Positions 25,291 through 38,870 of a DNA stretch of 64,000 nt are shown piece after piece (position 1 is the stretch's first letter; each line of letters opens with the position of its first letter). The notes under the pieces are model-generated. The model did not search any database and had not been told where the DNA came from. It was given only the letters and a program-made list of their open reading frames with translations. The translations under genes and the position numbers were made by a program. The stretch comes from Hemiscyllium ocellatum (taxonomy: Eukaryota), in assembly GCF_020745735.1 (NCBI RefSeq), contig NC_083410.1, positions 4,686,117 through 4,750,116 of the forward strand. Reading direction: 5' to 3'.

Positions 25291-27517
25291 CTTGACTTTC
25301 CTGGCAAATTCACAACTTCTGAAGTTCAAATTCTCTCTCTTGTTTTCTCCTCTCTCTCTCTTTGCTCAGCTAAGAACATTCTCTCTTTTTCCTCAATTTT
25401 TATCTTTCTCTTCTCTTTTTCCTCTCTCCCTTTCTTTTTCCTCTCTCCTTTTCTTTTTCTTCTCTGTCTCTTTCTCTCTTCTCTTATGGTTCTTCTTTCC
25501 CTTTCTTTATCTTCTAACTCTGTTTCCCTCAATTTCAATTTAAGTTTTTCTAACTTTACTGCAATTGTCTGTTTCACTGATACAGCTAAGTGCATGACTA
25601 ACTCCATTACAATTTCAGCTCTCCTTTTGTCCCTGGTTAAATCCAATTCTATTTACTACTTCTAAAAGTATGCCCTTCCCTTGATTTTCTAAACTTTCTT
25701 GGCAAATTTAGCAAGCATCTTCAAACCCCAGAACTTCTGTAGTCATATTAAGAGCCATTTCTCTCATTTTTAATTTACCCAACCACAAGTAACCGAAAAT
25801 AAACAAATTATCTCACCGAAAATTTGTTTAAAGATCTCGGACATTAATCAGCAAGCGTTTAAATCTGCTCAGATCTTTTGTAAACCAAATCTGTTCAAAT
25901 CTGTCTAAACCTCAGACTGGATCTGTCTAAACCTGTTCAAATCTCAGAACTGAGCCCCCAGACTGTTACGACACAGCAGTGAACCCTCTGTTAATTAAAC
26001 CAAACGCCTAGAAAAGCTCAACTTGTCGCTTAATCTGTTAAATATGAGTTAGAGAATTCCAAATTCCAGTATTTAAAGAAAATGATATCAATTTATTCTT
26101 TATCTCTAAAAGTGGACATTAAACAATAACTATTAACAACTCTATCCCCCTTCTCTTAGCAGTGTATTACCTGCCTCCAACTCTATAACAATATACTATT
26201 CCAATAAGTCATACGTTAAAATTACATCAACTTAAGTTCAAAACCACACAGCTCCTGTTGTTTTCAGTATCTGTTCTCTTCCAGCTGGGTTGTCTTCTTT
26301 CTTTTTCCTGTGAATATGTTTCCTCTGAAAAGGTACTCAATAGAGAGTGTTTCCTAATCTCTTGGATCTGTGTTGATGGCAGTTGCTATTCCAATTTTCA
26401 TAATGCCTGCCTTTTTTCTATCCCCAATGTTGTATTGTCTCATTAGTCTGAGGTTGGCAAAACAATAAATTCAGTCGCAATAAAGTTTTAGTATCCCAGG
26501 GCATAATTTAAACTGATTTGTTAAATTCGAATTATTGTCAAAAGAGCAACCAACTCAGGTATCCATTTCACAGCCAAATGTTACATATTTTCAACATTTG
26601 TATACACTCTGAGACTGCTATCTCGTCATATAGACAGGTCCTTGTCAGCTCTCAGTACAGAACAGCATTCACACTCTCTTAAAGGTACAGTACATGCTTT
26701 CAATTTCGTAACACGACTAAAGACAAAATTTCTCTCAAAGCGTTTCACAAAAATAGACACTGGGCAAAATCCAACAGAGGCTTCAAGTCAAACATGAGGA
26801 GAAATGACAGACATGTTGGTCAAAATGTTGGGTTTAGAAAGATTTGGAAATTGGAGGGAAATCTGATTAAGGGAACAGGTTCTGGAAAAGAGCCTCAGGC
26901 AGCTGAAGACTGGAGTACCAGTGGAGAGTTCGGAGTGGGAGAGAAAAGAGCATTGGAGCAGCAAAGAACTGTGGGGTTTTAGATCTGGACGAGGTTGGAG
27001 AGATTGGTAGGACAAAGCTCTGGGGAAATCACAATCTGAGGATGGAAGATCAATTCAGTGAATTGGGAGCTAGCAAGAAACTCCAGAAATGGATGAGCAG
27101 GATCCAAGCTCAAGGCTGGGAGCTGGGAGCTGAACTGGATGGATTTGAAAAGATTGTTTTGGAGCATTAGGATTGGAGATTAGATGAAGAGTTAGCAGCA
27201 GCAGCAGTAGGAATACAAATGGATCTGGGGAGTTGTTTGAGGAGGATTTTGATAACAGTGGGTTTGAAGAAACTCTAGTTCTGTGAGCTGCATTGTAAAG
27301 GATGAAGGAAGCTCATGGAGAGTGTTGAAGAAGAAATAAACAGGGACTGAGTCATTAGGAAATAAGAAGGTAGTATGGGAAGAAGACTGGAAGGATTCTG
27401 CAGTCACTGGGTATCAGGGAGGGAGAAGCAACAAGTTTGTGAATTAGGAGGAAGTGGCAGAGGCAGCTGAACATTGCATCTTAATCTTCAAATTAAAGTA
27501 ATCCGTGAGTCTTCCAG

Positions 27518-27555
27518 ATCAGGCTGCTTGATAATAGGTCGAGATATTACCGAAG
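27518..27555 (+). CDS. Gene B leader mini-exon 2 (L-SGCLIIGRDITE-G)
   Basis: gagtcttccag acceptor, gtaaca donor, 38 nt, phase 2 to 1; 91-nt intron before the V exon. Confidence 0.75.
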
Positions 27556-27646
27556 GTAACATGAACTGACGTGTTTTCATTAAGTGTTTGTGATATTTAA
27601 CAGGCTTCAGACTAATTTTAATTTATTCACACATTTTCTCTTAAAG

Positions 27647-27991
27647 GTGCAAAAGACCCAATCCTTCTCCAGTCTCCGAGCCTGAAATGTGTCACCAAGG
27701 GTCACACTGCCCGGTTACAGTGTACCATGAAGAATGCCACAGTGAAAGACACAGAAGTTCATTGGTATCTGGAACAACCAGGGAATAACACGAAGTGGGT
27801 TTTAACACAGGACACGAGGAACATCACACAACAGAGCTCAGGATTCACTAAGCGATTCCAGTCTTCCAGAGACACCTACAGTAACAGCTTCATTCTAACC
27901 ATCACAAACATGCAGCCCAGTGACAGCGGGAACTATTTCTGTGAAATATGGGGAGATATCAGTGGGACAGGAACCCAGCTGACTGTAACAG
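27647..27991 (+). CDS. Gene B V1 exon: germline-joined VJ-type Ig V domain
   Basis: 345 nt, phase 1-1, open frame; B-strand LQC, C-strand WYLEQPG, RF..SRD, LTITNMQPSDSGNYFC and J-like GTGTQLTVT in one exon; no RSS. Confidence 0.92.
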
Positions 27992-29349
27992 GTAACTCCT
28001 GTTTACATAATACTAACTGACCTCTGATTGTGTGGGTGATGGACAAGTTGGGATTAAGGATCACAGTACATTATTTATTTTACAATTTTACCAAACGGCT
28101 CAATTTTTTTCAAATGCCAACGAGAATTTTTTTTACTCAAATTTCACCTTGTTTACAGTAGATCAAATCAGCAATTGTAAATTTCATGGTGAAGACAGTT
28201 CTTATCGGCTAATTGTTGGTGGAATGTTTCAATTTATCACTTGGCAAATGAAAAATCTCTAGACCCCAATGATCCCTCCTGATTTGCTGGGGGTGAGTGT
28301 GGTAGTCTGTCTGGGGGACACTCCTCAGTAAGGTACAGGATATTCTGTGTTTCTCCACTCATGAAGGACAGTGGGCTTTGGGCTGAAGCTAGCTGCTTCA
28401 GGGACTCGAACTGGTTAGCACCCTGTTCAGCAAGGCCTACTCTCAGTGTGGGAACTCCAAGGCAGCCAGTTGACAGATGGCCTTTGACACAAGGGGAGAA
28501 TGTGTTGGTGATATCTCATAGTCCCCATCTTCTTAATCTGAAGCATGTCTTGTTGGTGGACCTTGCTCAAGAATGTTGCGCTGTATGGAGCACTCTAATG
28601 GAGAGGGGATACCAAGTGGATCATTGTGGAGTCCAGAAAGGAGAGGGAGCACAGATCACTTCATCCAGCTTGTGGGTTTTCATCAGTCACCAGAGGTGTC
28701 AGGGAGGGGGAGACATTTGTGAGGACAGGAGGCTGGGGGTAGATTGTTATCAAAACGGTTCCAGTAACGAAGCACATTGTTACCTTCAATGCACTGTCAG
28801 CAAGACGTGGGAGATGAAACAGAGGATCTGACAGATACCCAGTAGCCTGTCGTGTTGAAGCTCACATCCTCCATCAGTGCTGTGCTTCCACTCACTCTCA
28901 TTTTAATTCTCACGCCCACTCTGACCTCGACCTCAAACACTGTTTCAATGAAACTCAAAGTCAGCCCCAGGGAAACCATTTCATCATTTGACCTGTGATT
29001 TTACAATGCTGCAAACTCAAACTTGACCAGGACTAAATACATCTATCCTCTAACCTCAGATGGAATCATTGATAGCCTTATCTCTGGAAATCGTGATGAA
29101 ATCCTTGGCTCTGTTGCCTCTTCGTTTTGAACAGCAGATGCTTATCATGATGAAATGTAACCTTCTTTTTATTTCAAAATGTCCAGTCACCAGACTGATT
29201 ACCTTGATCTTGCTCTGCACCTTATGGCTCTTCAGTGTCTCCAGTGGATATTCTGTAGGACTTCCCTTTACAGTGACATTAGTAGAACCATTCTATCATT
29301 TCAAATCAATACATTTCACTACAGGTCAAATGCTGTTTCTGTTTTGCAT

Positions 29350-29635
29350 CAGTATTTACTGTGGAAAAGGATATGGAAGATATAGATCATAGGGAAGTAG
29401 ATGGCGACATCTTGCAAAATGTCCAGATTACAAAGGAGGAAGTGCTGGATGTTTTGAAACGGTTAAAGGTGGATAAATCCCCAGGACCTGATCAGGCGTA
29501 TCTGAGAACTCTGTGGGAAGCTAGAGAAGTGATTGATGGGCCTCTTGCGGAGATATTTGTATCATCGATAGTCACAGGTAGGTGCTGGAAGACTGGAGGT
29601 TGGCAAACGTGGTGCAACTGTTTAAGGAGGGTGGT
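29350..29635 (+). mobile_element. CR1 LINE fragment
   Basis: KVDKSPGPD...LWEARE...LAEIFVSS...EDWRLANV. Confidence 0.85.
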
Positions 29636-29639
29636 GAGG

Positions 29640-30877
29640 GGATCCAAGATGGCGAAGACCCAGCAAGTCTGAATCTATTGTGTTCCTCCCAAAACTTGGG
29701 CAAAGTGGGCCACCCACCCCCACCACACTCACCAAATCATTTAAAACAGCTATTTAATTTAATTAGTTGCTTAGTATTAAATTTAAACAATCTAATCTTT
29801 AGTAAAAATGACTAAATGGAAGGGAGCCCGCAGCTCTCAGCAAGCAGGAACCCCTCCCCCACCCTCTCCAGCTGCAGCAGAGGCATCCATAGCCGCCTCA
29901 GGGGACTGACCTACGTGGCAAGCCTTATGGAAGTCATCTCCAAGTTGGATGCGAAGATCAACGCTTTCATTGAAGAATCCCGAAATCGATGGGACTCACT
30001 CTCGGCCGCGCTGCAAAAGCACGACCGAAACATTAAAGAAATCGAGTGCCGAATCGGAGGGGCGGAGCTAAAGGCTGCAACCTCCGAAACTACAGCGCAA
30101 TCGGCCGTGGATCAGGTCCGGACTCTCGAACAGCGAGTCCGGACCTTAGAGAATCATATTGATGACCTCGATAATTGAGGTCGCCGAAAAATATTCATCT
30201 GCTGGGCCTTCCCGAACAGGAAGAGGTAGGCTAGCTTACAGCATTTCTCGAGCAGTGGCTGCCACATCTGTTAAATCTAGAGGCTGGATCAGGCCAGGTA
30301 AGGGTGGAATGGGCCTACCGGGTTGCAATATGCGGGCCCAGCCCGAACCAGCGCCCTCGCGCAGTCCTGTTCCGGCTGCAGAGCTATAGGAAGAGGCAGA
30401 TACTCCTAGAAGCCTCTAGAAATCTTGGATAAGATTCCCAAGCCATGATCTGTAAAGGATCCAAGATATGGTTATTCCAGGACTTTTCCCCGGCTCTGGT
30501 CCAAAAGAGGAAGGCATTCGATGAGGCGAAGAAGTGTTTAAGGGACTTAAATATTCAGTACTCCTTACGCTACCCAGCGACGCTACGCTTTAACCATGAA
30601 GGATCCATGTATAACTTCGGATCGCCAGAAAAGGCTAAGGAATTTTTGGACTCTCTTAGATAAATTGTAAGAGACAATGGATGTTGGTTTGCCTTTCCCC
30701 CCCACTCTGGTTTATATACCCCCCCACTTTTTCTTTTTTCTTACCTTACTGTTTAATATTATCTTGGGTAGAGGGATTTATTTATTTGTTCTCTATTTAA
30801 CGATTTTCTCCCCCCCCCTTCGGGTTTTTTTTATTATTATATGCATGTATGTGTGTATGTTTCTATATGTGCGCGTG

Positions 30878-30910
<33 letters not shown>

Positions 30911-30917
30911 ATGAATA

Positions 30918-30950
<33 letters not shown>

Positions 30951-32196
30951 AAAGCTGGGGGGTTTAGTTAATGTTGGTGGGGGGAGGTGGTTACCTTCTA
31001 TTTTACCTCTGTCTCTAGGAGCGGGGTTGTTTTCCCTTGCTATTTTGTATTATTATATTTAATTATTATTTGTTGAGGTTGTAATTTTATAGTTATATAT
31101 GTTTATACATGGTATTAACATTACCAAATATATCCAGGTGTGGGTGTGGGGGTGGGGGGGGGGGGGGGGGTAGGGTGCTCACTGTTAACTCTAGCTTTGT
31201 ACTATATCTGAATTCTCCTCATCCTATTGAGGAGCGCCTGGGTCAAGGGTGGGGCACTGGTTGGGAGAGGAAAGGATGGACCTTTGGAAAGAAGTGATAC
31301 CCCCTGGGAATAAGGGGGAAAATCTCCATTTAAATATTTTTTTTATTATTTAGAAATAGTTTTTTTATTATACTGTTGTGAGTGTATTAGGGAGCCTTTA
31401 TTTTTGTGAATTTTATATGCTCTATGCTCGGGGTGTTTTGGATGGGGTTTCCCCTCCCAAGGGGTCTCGGATTTGCCCGGACGATTATAGTTGATCAGTC
31501 GGTTAAGTGGTGCACCTGGAATGTCAAGGGGAGTAATTCGCCAGTCAAAAGGAAGAAAATATTATCAAATCTTAAGAAGGAAAGAGTTGATATAGCTCTC
31601 CTACAGGAGACACATCTGTTGGATTGAAATTATGACAGGGTGGATTTGATCAGGCCTTTTTTTATTCTTTTAGCTCAAAAAGTAGGGGAGTTGTTATTCT
31701 TGTTCGGAAGAATTTCCCTTTCAAAATCCTAAATCAGATAAAAGACGAATCTGAACGATATATTCTGATTAAAGCCCTTATAAATGGAGAGGAATATGGG
31801 ATTTTAAATTTGTACTGCCCCCCCACCCCCGGCACACCCCTTTAAATTTATAACGAAGGCCTTCTTAAAATTGATGATTCTTGGTGCCCGTCATACAATT
31901 ATAGGGGGAGACTTTAATTGTATTATGGATCCAGAAATAGATAGGATTCCCAAGAGTACTGCAGGAGTATCTCCCAGATCTAGACAATTGGTGGATCTGA
32001 ACAAAGAATTAGGATTAGTAGATGTATGGAGATGTCTTCATCCACAGGGCAGAGATTTTTCTTTTTACTCCAATCCACATAAATGCCATACCAGAATTGA
32101 TATTTCTTTTGCCCCCTCGATTTTTTTAAATTCCATATCATCCTGTAAAATAGGTAGTATAGCAATTTCCGACCACACTGCTATATATATGGAAAT
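29640..32196 (+). mobile_element. L1-clade LINE, 5' portion only (ORF1 plus APE endonuclease)
   Basis: ccaagatggcg start; ORF1 29816-30663 with coiled coil and C-terminal FQDFS...RYPATL (3 in-frame stops); ORF2 WNVKG, LLQETH, GGDFN, RID, SDH motifs. Confidence 0.88.
30855..30950. repeat. (TG)n(TA)n microsatellite in the L1 inter-ORF region
   Basis: Direct inspection. Confidence 0.9.
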
Positions 32197-33454
32197 ACAC
32201 AATGAGTGTACTCCTCTAGCAACAAAACCATCGTTATGACTGATGTGATGGGTAGTGTCCTTGCCTCTGAATCAGACACCCTAGGATCAAGTCTTAAGCT
32301 GTAAATTCCTCTGATACCCCAATGGCAGGCAGGAAGAGTGGGAAATGTTAACTCGCTTTCTCTAAAAACAGATGCTGCCAGATCTGTAGAGTTTCTCCAG
32401 CACCATGTGCTTTCATTTCATATATTTCATCAGACTCAAGCTGCCATAAGAGGATCTCAGTATCACTGGATTCCAATGTTTCTCTCCCCAGATCACCTCC
32501 TTTCCAGTTTATTTCCTCTAAAACAAAGTGCCATGCCAGTTTCTCAAATGCTGCACCTTCTCAGGCTCTGCCAGGTAAAGGTGCCTTTGGTTCATTCGCC
32601 AACGCAATCAACCTCCGTTTGGAAAACTCCTTGAAGATTATCAATTAAAGCACTGTAATGTGTAGGAAATTTTTTGCCAGTTCCAGAGCCAAGACTTCAA
32701 TGCAGAAGCAAACCTTATGCTTTCTTTCACTTGCTTTGTTCACTAATAACACACCCAGATCCTCACCGCTTCTCTTTCAAATCATTCCTGGCCAAGCCCC
32801 CTAACCTAATTCCTCTTCCTTGGTATAGCTCTAGAAATCATGACTCACTAATCCAGGAGGCATCACCAATGGTCACGATTTTAAGAAGCACACAAATTCC
32901 ACTTTTATCTCTATTTTGGAACCAAATTCACAGAGAGCACTGACCAGTGGCCAGAACGTCACAAGAATCACTACTCATTGCAAATGAATGGACTGCACCT
33001 ACTCATGAACACTTACAAATATTCAACAAATCGCTCTACTGTTTAAAATTCTAACTCTGTTATAAACTCCTCTTACATACATCGCTAGATAGGCAAAGAC
33101 AGAATAAACATGGATGTGATGGATGGAGGGAAAGACTGGGAAAGCAGTTGACTGATCCCATTTCCCAGAGTTCGCTGAGATAGTCCTTGTGGCTGGTGGG
33201 GACATGCTGTTCCTTGATGCTCCCTGTCTAATGCCTTTCACTGGTTTCAAGCAGATTCAGGGAGTCTGGCTCACACTCTGGATTCACTCACTGTGGGATC
33301 AGTGTGATGATCTCCACTTGAGAGTCACCATTAAGACTCAATGATTTCTCTTCAGTTCACTGAAGAACATGGGTCATTAATCTAAGCTTATGTTAATTTC
33401 TGCATGCAGACATATACCATCAGAATCTGTCCAATTTTATCCACATTTTCCATT

Positions 33455-36400
33455 AAATCTGTGATAGCGCATCTGCTATCGCATTTTGATGACCCCCCCC
33501 CCAACATATACAATATGTGAATCAAAAGTACGTAACATAAGTCTCCAATGAAATAGTTCCATTCTTCTTTGAATCATTCCAAACATGTAAGAGGATTGTG
33601 ATCCATGTACACAACTGTCTCCGATTATCAGGCCAGTACCAAGCTCAATAATTCTCTTTCAGTGGTGGAGTATTTTCTCAGGTAAGTGTTGAGTTTCTTT
33701 GAAAACTGCCATTCAAATCAATCATCATCTTCCTTTAGCAGCACAGATTCAACTCCTATATCAATTGTAACTTTGAAGGGTTTCAAAAAAATTGGTGTAG
33801 CTTCAACTTGTGCAGTGTTAACACTGCTTATAAGTTGTCAAACGTCTCCTGGCATTATTCCCACCACCAAAATTTTGTGTTCTTCATTTGTAAATCTGTT
33901 AGCTGTGCCACCACGCTGCTGAAGGTTGGAACAAACACCCAGTAGAATTCGCTTTGTCACAAAAATCGAAGCACCTCTTTCTTTGAGGTTGACCGTGGAA
34001 ATTCCTTGATGGCTTTCACCTTCACATTCCTTGGAGTCAGCCTTCCATGTCCTATGTTATGTCCCAAGAATGTCACCTCTGATCTGAGAAGTCTGTTTGC
34101 TTTAACTTTACTACCAGATTTCCTGCTCATAGTTGTTGAAAGAGCTCTGCCAACTGTACCACGTCATCTTTCCATGACTTACGAAAGATCACTACACCAT
34201 CCAGATAAACTGCACAGTTTTCTTTCATCCAGCCATAACTCTGTTCATGAGTCTTTGGAATGTGGCTGGTGTGCTCTTAATTCCAAAAGGCATCACTTTG
34301 AATTGAAGTAGCCCATTTGGGGTGACAAACATGGAAACTTCTTTTGCTCTTTCTGATAAAGGTACCTGCCAATAACCACGTAATAAATCAAACGTTGTGA
34401 TGTAACTGGCTTGATCAATGTTCTCTATACAGTCCTCCAATCGTGGCATTGGATATGAGTCTGATTTTGTTACAGCATTAACTTTCTGTTAGGGCACACA
34501 AAATCATTTGAGTCCTGTCAGGTTTGGGAACTAACATGATCGGCTAACTTCTATCTTTCTGACCCGGGTTCGATGATATCTTCGTTGAGCATCACATTCA
34601 CTTCCTTCTAGACCTGTGTGTTTTTGAAAGGATTAATTCTATGGGAGTGTTGTTTTATTGGACCAGCATTCCCAACTTCCACCTCATGCACATCAGTATT
34701 AGTCCTCCCTATCTAATTCTTGCATATGCCATCATATTGCTGCAATAAACCTTTCAATCGGGTTATTTGCTCATGAGACAGATAGTTCACTAATCTATCC
34801 CACTCCTCAAAGACTTGCTTGTTATTTAACGTATTTTGAAGCACATCAAACTTCATGATATCTGGATTTGATTTCTTACTCTGCAGGGCTGTAATTAACA
34901 CCTGTTATCCAGCTCTGTGTGTATTATAATAAGGTTTCAACATATTCACGTCACATACTTGATACGTTTTCTTTCTGTCTGGCATCTTTACCAGATACTT
35001 TAGCAGACTTAATTTTTTTCTCAATTTGATATTTTCTCAATTTGATTTTTTCTCCTACTAGTAACAATCTTAATATGTCATCCCCATGGGAAAACGTCCA
35101 AATTTTAGATGTCTTATTTGCCATCTGCTTCATTCTATGTTGTGACCTCTTCTGCTGCTGTTTAGCTAATGCACCTACCCAATTTAATCTCTCCCTCAAC
35201 TCAGATACATAATGCAAGTGTGAGATCTCTAACTTTTGTCCTGTTAATTTTTTTTAAATTAATTTCAAAGTCCTTCTCACTTCATGTCCAAAATTAACTC
35301 AAAGAGAGTAAACTGACTTGATTCATTTGGAGCAGCTCAACTGGCAAAAATATGAATGGGATACTTTACCCCAATCATTTGGGTAATCCTGACAGTACAT
35401 TCTTAACATGGTCTTCAGGGTCTGATGCCACCTTTCCAAAGCTCCCTGGGATTCAGGATGGTACGACTTGATTAAAAGTGCTGTATGGTCAGCTAAGCAC
35501 TCCAAATTGAATTGCCTCTAGAAATCTGGTCGACACATCCATTACGGTTAGCAAGCACTGGTTCCCAATTTTAGTTTTCCAGAGGGGTCCTAAACAATCA
35601 ATTATAACAAAAGGTTCTTAAATGCAGGAATTGGCGACAAATGTGCTGGTTTTATTACTGCCTCTGACTTACCTACTATTTGGCACGTCTAACACATACG
35701 ACAGAACTTAACCACATCCTTGTGCAGTCCAGACCAATAGAAATGCTTTTGTATCTTAGCTTGAGTCTTCTTCACACCTAAGTGACCTCCTTCTGGTAAT
35801 ATATGCGCAACCCGCAACATTTCCTGACTGTACACTACCGGCAATACAATCTGGTGCACTTCCACCCAATTCTCCTCTACACTAACCTGCCATGGTCTCA
35901 ATTTTCATCTCAGGATAATACCGTCAGGAATATAATCTGATTCCTTTACTAAGTATGCATCTATTGTCTTGTCTTTCTGTTGTTATTCCATTAGCCTTTC
36001 AGGACTAAACACTTCTGCCTGACCCTCTACCTATTCAGCTTTTTCCAGCACCATTACATCAAATGCTCTGACTGAACCTCAACTCCTTCACCTTTCTCTT
36101 TAGTTTTTGCTTCTTACTATGACTTATGATAGTGGGACCTTGTTAGTGCACAGTCTCGAAAAATTCTAGGGTATTTTTCTCTAAGCTCCTCAGTTCCATG
36201 GTCTTCCCTTGGTTTCTCCACAATAAGGGGTGTCACTTCTATCTTGGATCCTGCTAAACCATTCCTCAAAATAAGCGGCATTCCTGGAAATGACACTGTC
36301 AACTACTCCCATTGTAACTTCCCCAATCTTGAGTGGGCCCTCCAAACTGATCTTACACAGGGGAACGCGAAATTTCTGTCCATCTATCTGACAAATTACC

Positions 36401-38870
36401 ATTCTTCTTTCAGTTAACATGTCTAAAAGAGTGCAAATACATTCATCGCCTCTGATTAGAGAATGATTAAAGACTGAGTAGATCTCATATCTCTCAACAT
36501 TATAACTTCTTTCCTTTCTCCCCCTGTTCTTCCTGAGTAAACTTTACCCACAGAGATGAAGTCTTCATAGAGATCGGGTACTAACTCAATACTCAACCCC
36601 TGCTTAGGCTGTACACACTCCAGCAGCTCCTCGAATTTCTGGGAGTTTCTTTACTATTTCCACGAAAACCACTGGCTTAGCCTTTTATCTTTTCCCACAG
36701 TGCCTTTCTTTAATGACTTTATGTGACTTTTCTATGACTTTATGTGACTGTGACACTTTACCAGAGTTGAAACACCTGAAGCTCTTCACCTCCTTTTCGC
36801 CCTCTTGGGCTTCATTTCTCACCTGTGGTAAACTATTACCAATGTGCTCTACTCTGTTTAGTTGTGTTGGATCTCCTCTCCTCCCAACTTCTATCCCTCA
36901 CAGGATAAAATTCTTACCGGAAGCTTGCCTTATACACCAATGCATACTCATCTGCCATCTCTGCCATTCTTCTCACTACCTGAACTTTCTGTTCATCCAA
37001 ATGAATTCTTATCATCTCTGGAAGTGAGTTTTTAAATTCCCCTGCAGAATAATTTCTCTGAGAGCTTCATAGGTCTTACCTATGTTTAAGACCAGCGCTC
37101 ATCTATCAAAATGACTATGTTTAATTCTTTTGAACTTAACTAAAGTCTGACCTGGTTCCTTCTTTATGTTTCTGAACCCCTATCTATACACCCCTGGTAA
37201 CAATTCATAAGCACTCAAAATAGCCTGTTTGGCATCTGCATAATCTCTTGACCCCTCATCTGACAGCGCTGCATATATCTCACTAGCACTGCCGACCAGC
37301 TTAGTCTGAACTAGCATTACCCAAAGGTTCTCTGACCACTCCATCTCCCCAATTTTTCAAATGGAATAAAGAAGGTTTCAGTATCTTTCTCATCAAAATG
37401 TGGCAATATTTCAACATATTTGTATATATCAATACATTTTCACTTCATCTCCATCCTGTTAACGGCTTTCTTGACTAATTTGCAACCTCTGAGTTAAAAT
37501 TTTCTCTCCCTTTCTCTCTCTTTTTCTTCTCTGTCTCTCTTTCTTTCTTTTTCAGCTCTCTCTCTTTGTTCAGCTAAGAACCATCTGTCTCTTTCATTTT
37601 CCTCTCTTTGTTTTTCCTCTCTCTTTCTCTTCTCATGGCTCTTCTTTCCCTTTCTTTATCTTCTGACTCCATTTCTCTCAATTTCAATTTAAGCTTTCTC
37701 TAACTTTACTGCACTTTCTGTTTCACTGATACAGCTAAGTGCTTGACTAACTCCATTACAATTTCAGCTCTCCTTTTGTCCCTAGCTAAACCTAATTATA
37801 ACCTACTTGCTAATTCTAAAAGTTGCCCTTCTCCTGTCTTTCTTAACTTTCTTGGCAAATTTGGGAAGCATCTCCAAACCCCAGAACATCTTTAGCCATC
37901 TTAAGAGCCATTTCTCTCACTTTTAATTTACCCAACCACAAGCAACCGAAAATAAACAAATTGTCTCACCTAAGATTTATTTCAAGATCTCGGACACTAA
38001 TCAGCAAGTGTTTAAATCTGCTGGGATCTTTCATAACCCAAATCTGTCCAAATCTAGACTGGATCTGTCTAAACCTGTTCAAATTTTGGACCCAAGCCCC
38101 CAAAATGCTAGGACACAGCAGTGAAGCCCATCTGTTAATTAAACCAAACAGCCAGAAAAGCTTAACTTGTCAAGTAATCTGTTAAAATATGAGTGACAGA
38201 GAACTCCCAAATTCCAGTATTTAAAGAAAATAATATCAATTTATTCTTTAATACTAAAAGTGAACATTAAACAACAACTATTCACAACTCTAACCCTCTT
38301 TATCTTATCTGCTTATTACCTGCCTCCAATTCTATAACAATATACTGTTCCAATAAAACACTTAATATTACATCAACTTAATTTCGAAACCACACAGCAG
38401 CTGTTGAGTTCGGTATCTGTCTTCTTTCAGCTGAAGATCTTCCTGGGCCAACTTCTTTCTTTTCACTGCAAATATGCTTCCTATGAAAAGGTACCTTTGA
38501 TAGAGTATGTTCCTTAATTTCTTGGATCTATGTTGATGGCAGTTGCTCTGTCCGATTTTCAAAATGCCTGGCTTTTTTATATCCCCAACATCGGAACGTC
38601 TCATTGGTTTGAGGTTGCAAAACAAGAAATTCAATGCCGGTTGGATTTCAGTATCCTTGAGCATAATTTTAAGTGATTGGTTAAATTTGAGTTGTCAATA
38701 CAGCAACCAACTCAGGTATCCATTTCACAGCTAAATGTTACATATTTTCAACATTCAAGTACACTCTGAGACTGCTATCTCATCATACGACAGGTGCTTG
38801 TAAGACTCTCAGGGCAGAACAGCAGTCATTATCTCTTAAAGATATAGTACACACCTTCAACTTCATAACA
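33455..38870 (-). mobile_element. Second copy of the Gmr1-like Gypsy remnant (duplicated with the V exon)
   Basis: LTR 38106-38870, same domain order and the same flanking sequence as 20480-26713. Confidence 0.88.

Larger units (their letters stand above)
20480..26713 (-). mobile_element. Degenerate Gypsy element with PR-INT-RT-RH (Gmr1-like) order, 3' LTR missing
   Basis: LTR 25964-26713 (TGTTACG...CGTAACA), PBS, gag, protease, integrase H2C2 and core, RT (YPIP, TPATFQRFMN), RNaseH (DASDIGVGAVL, YMDHNPL, IADALS). Confidence 0.88.
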
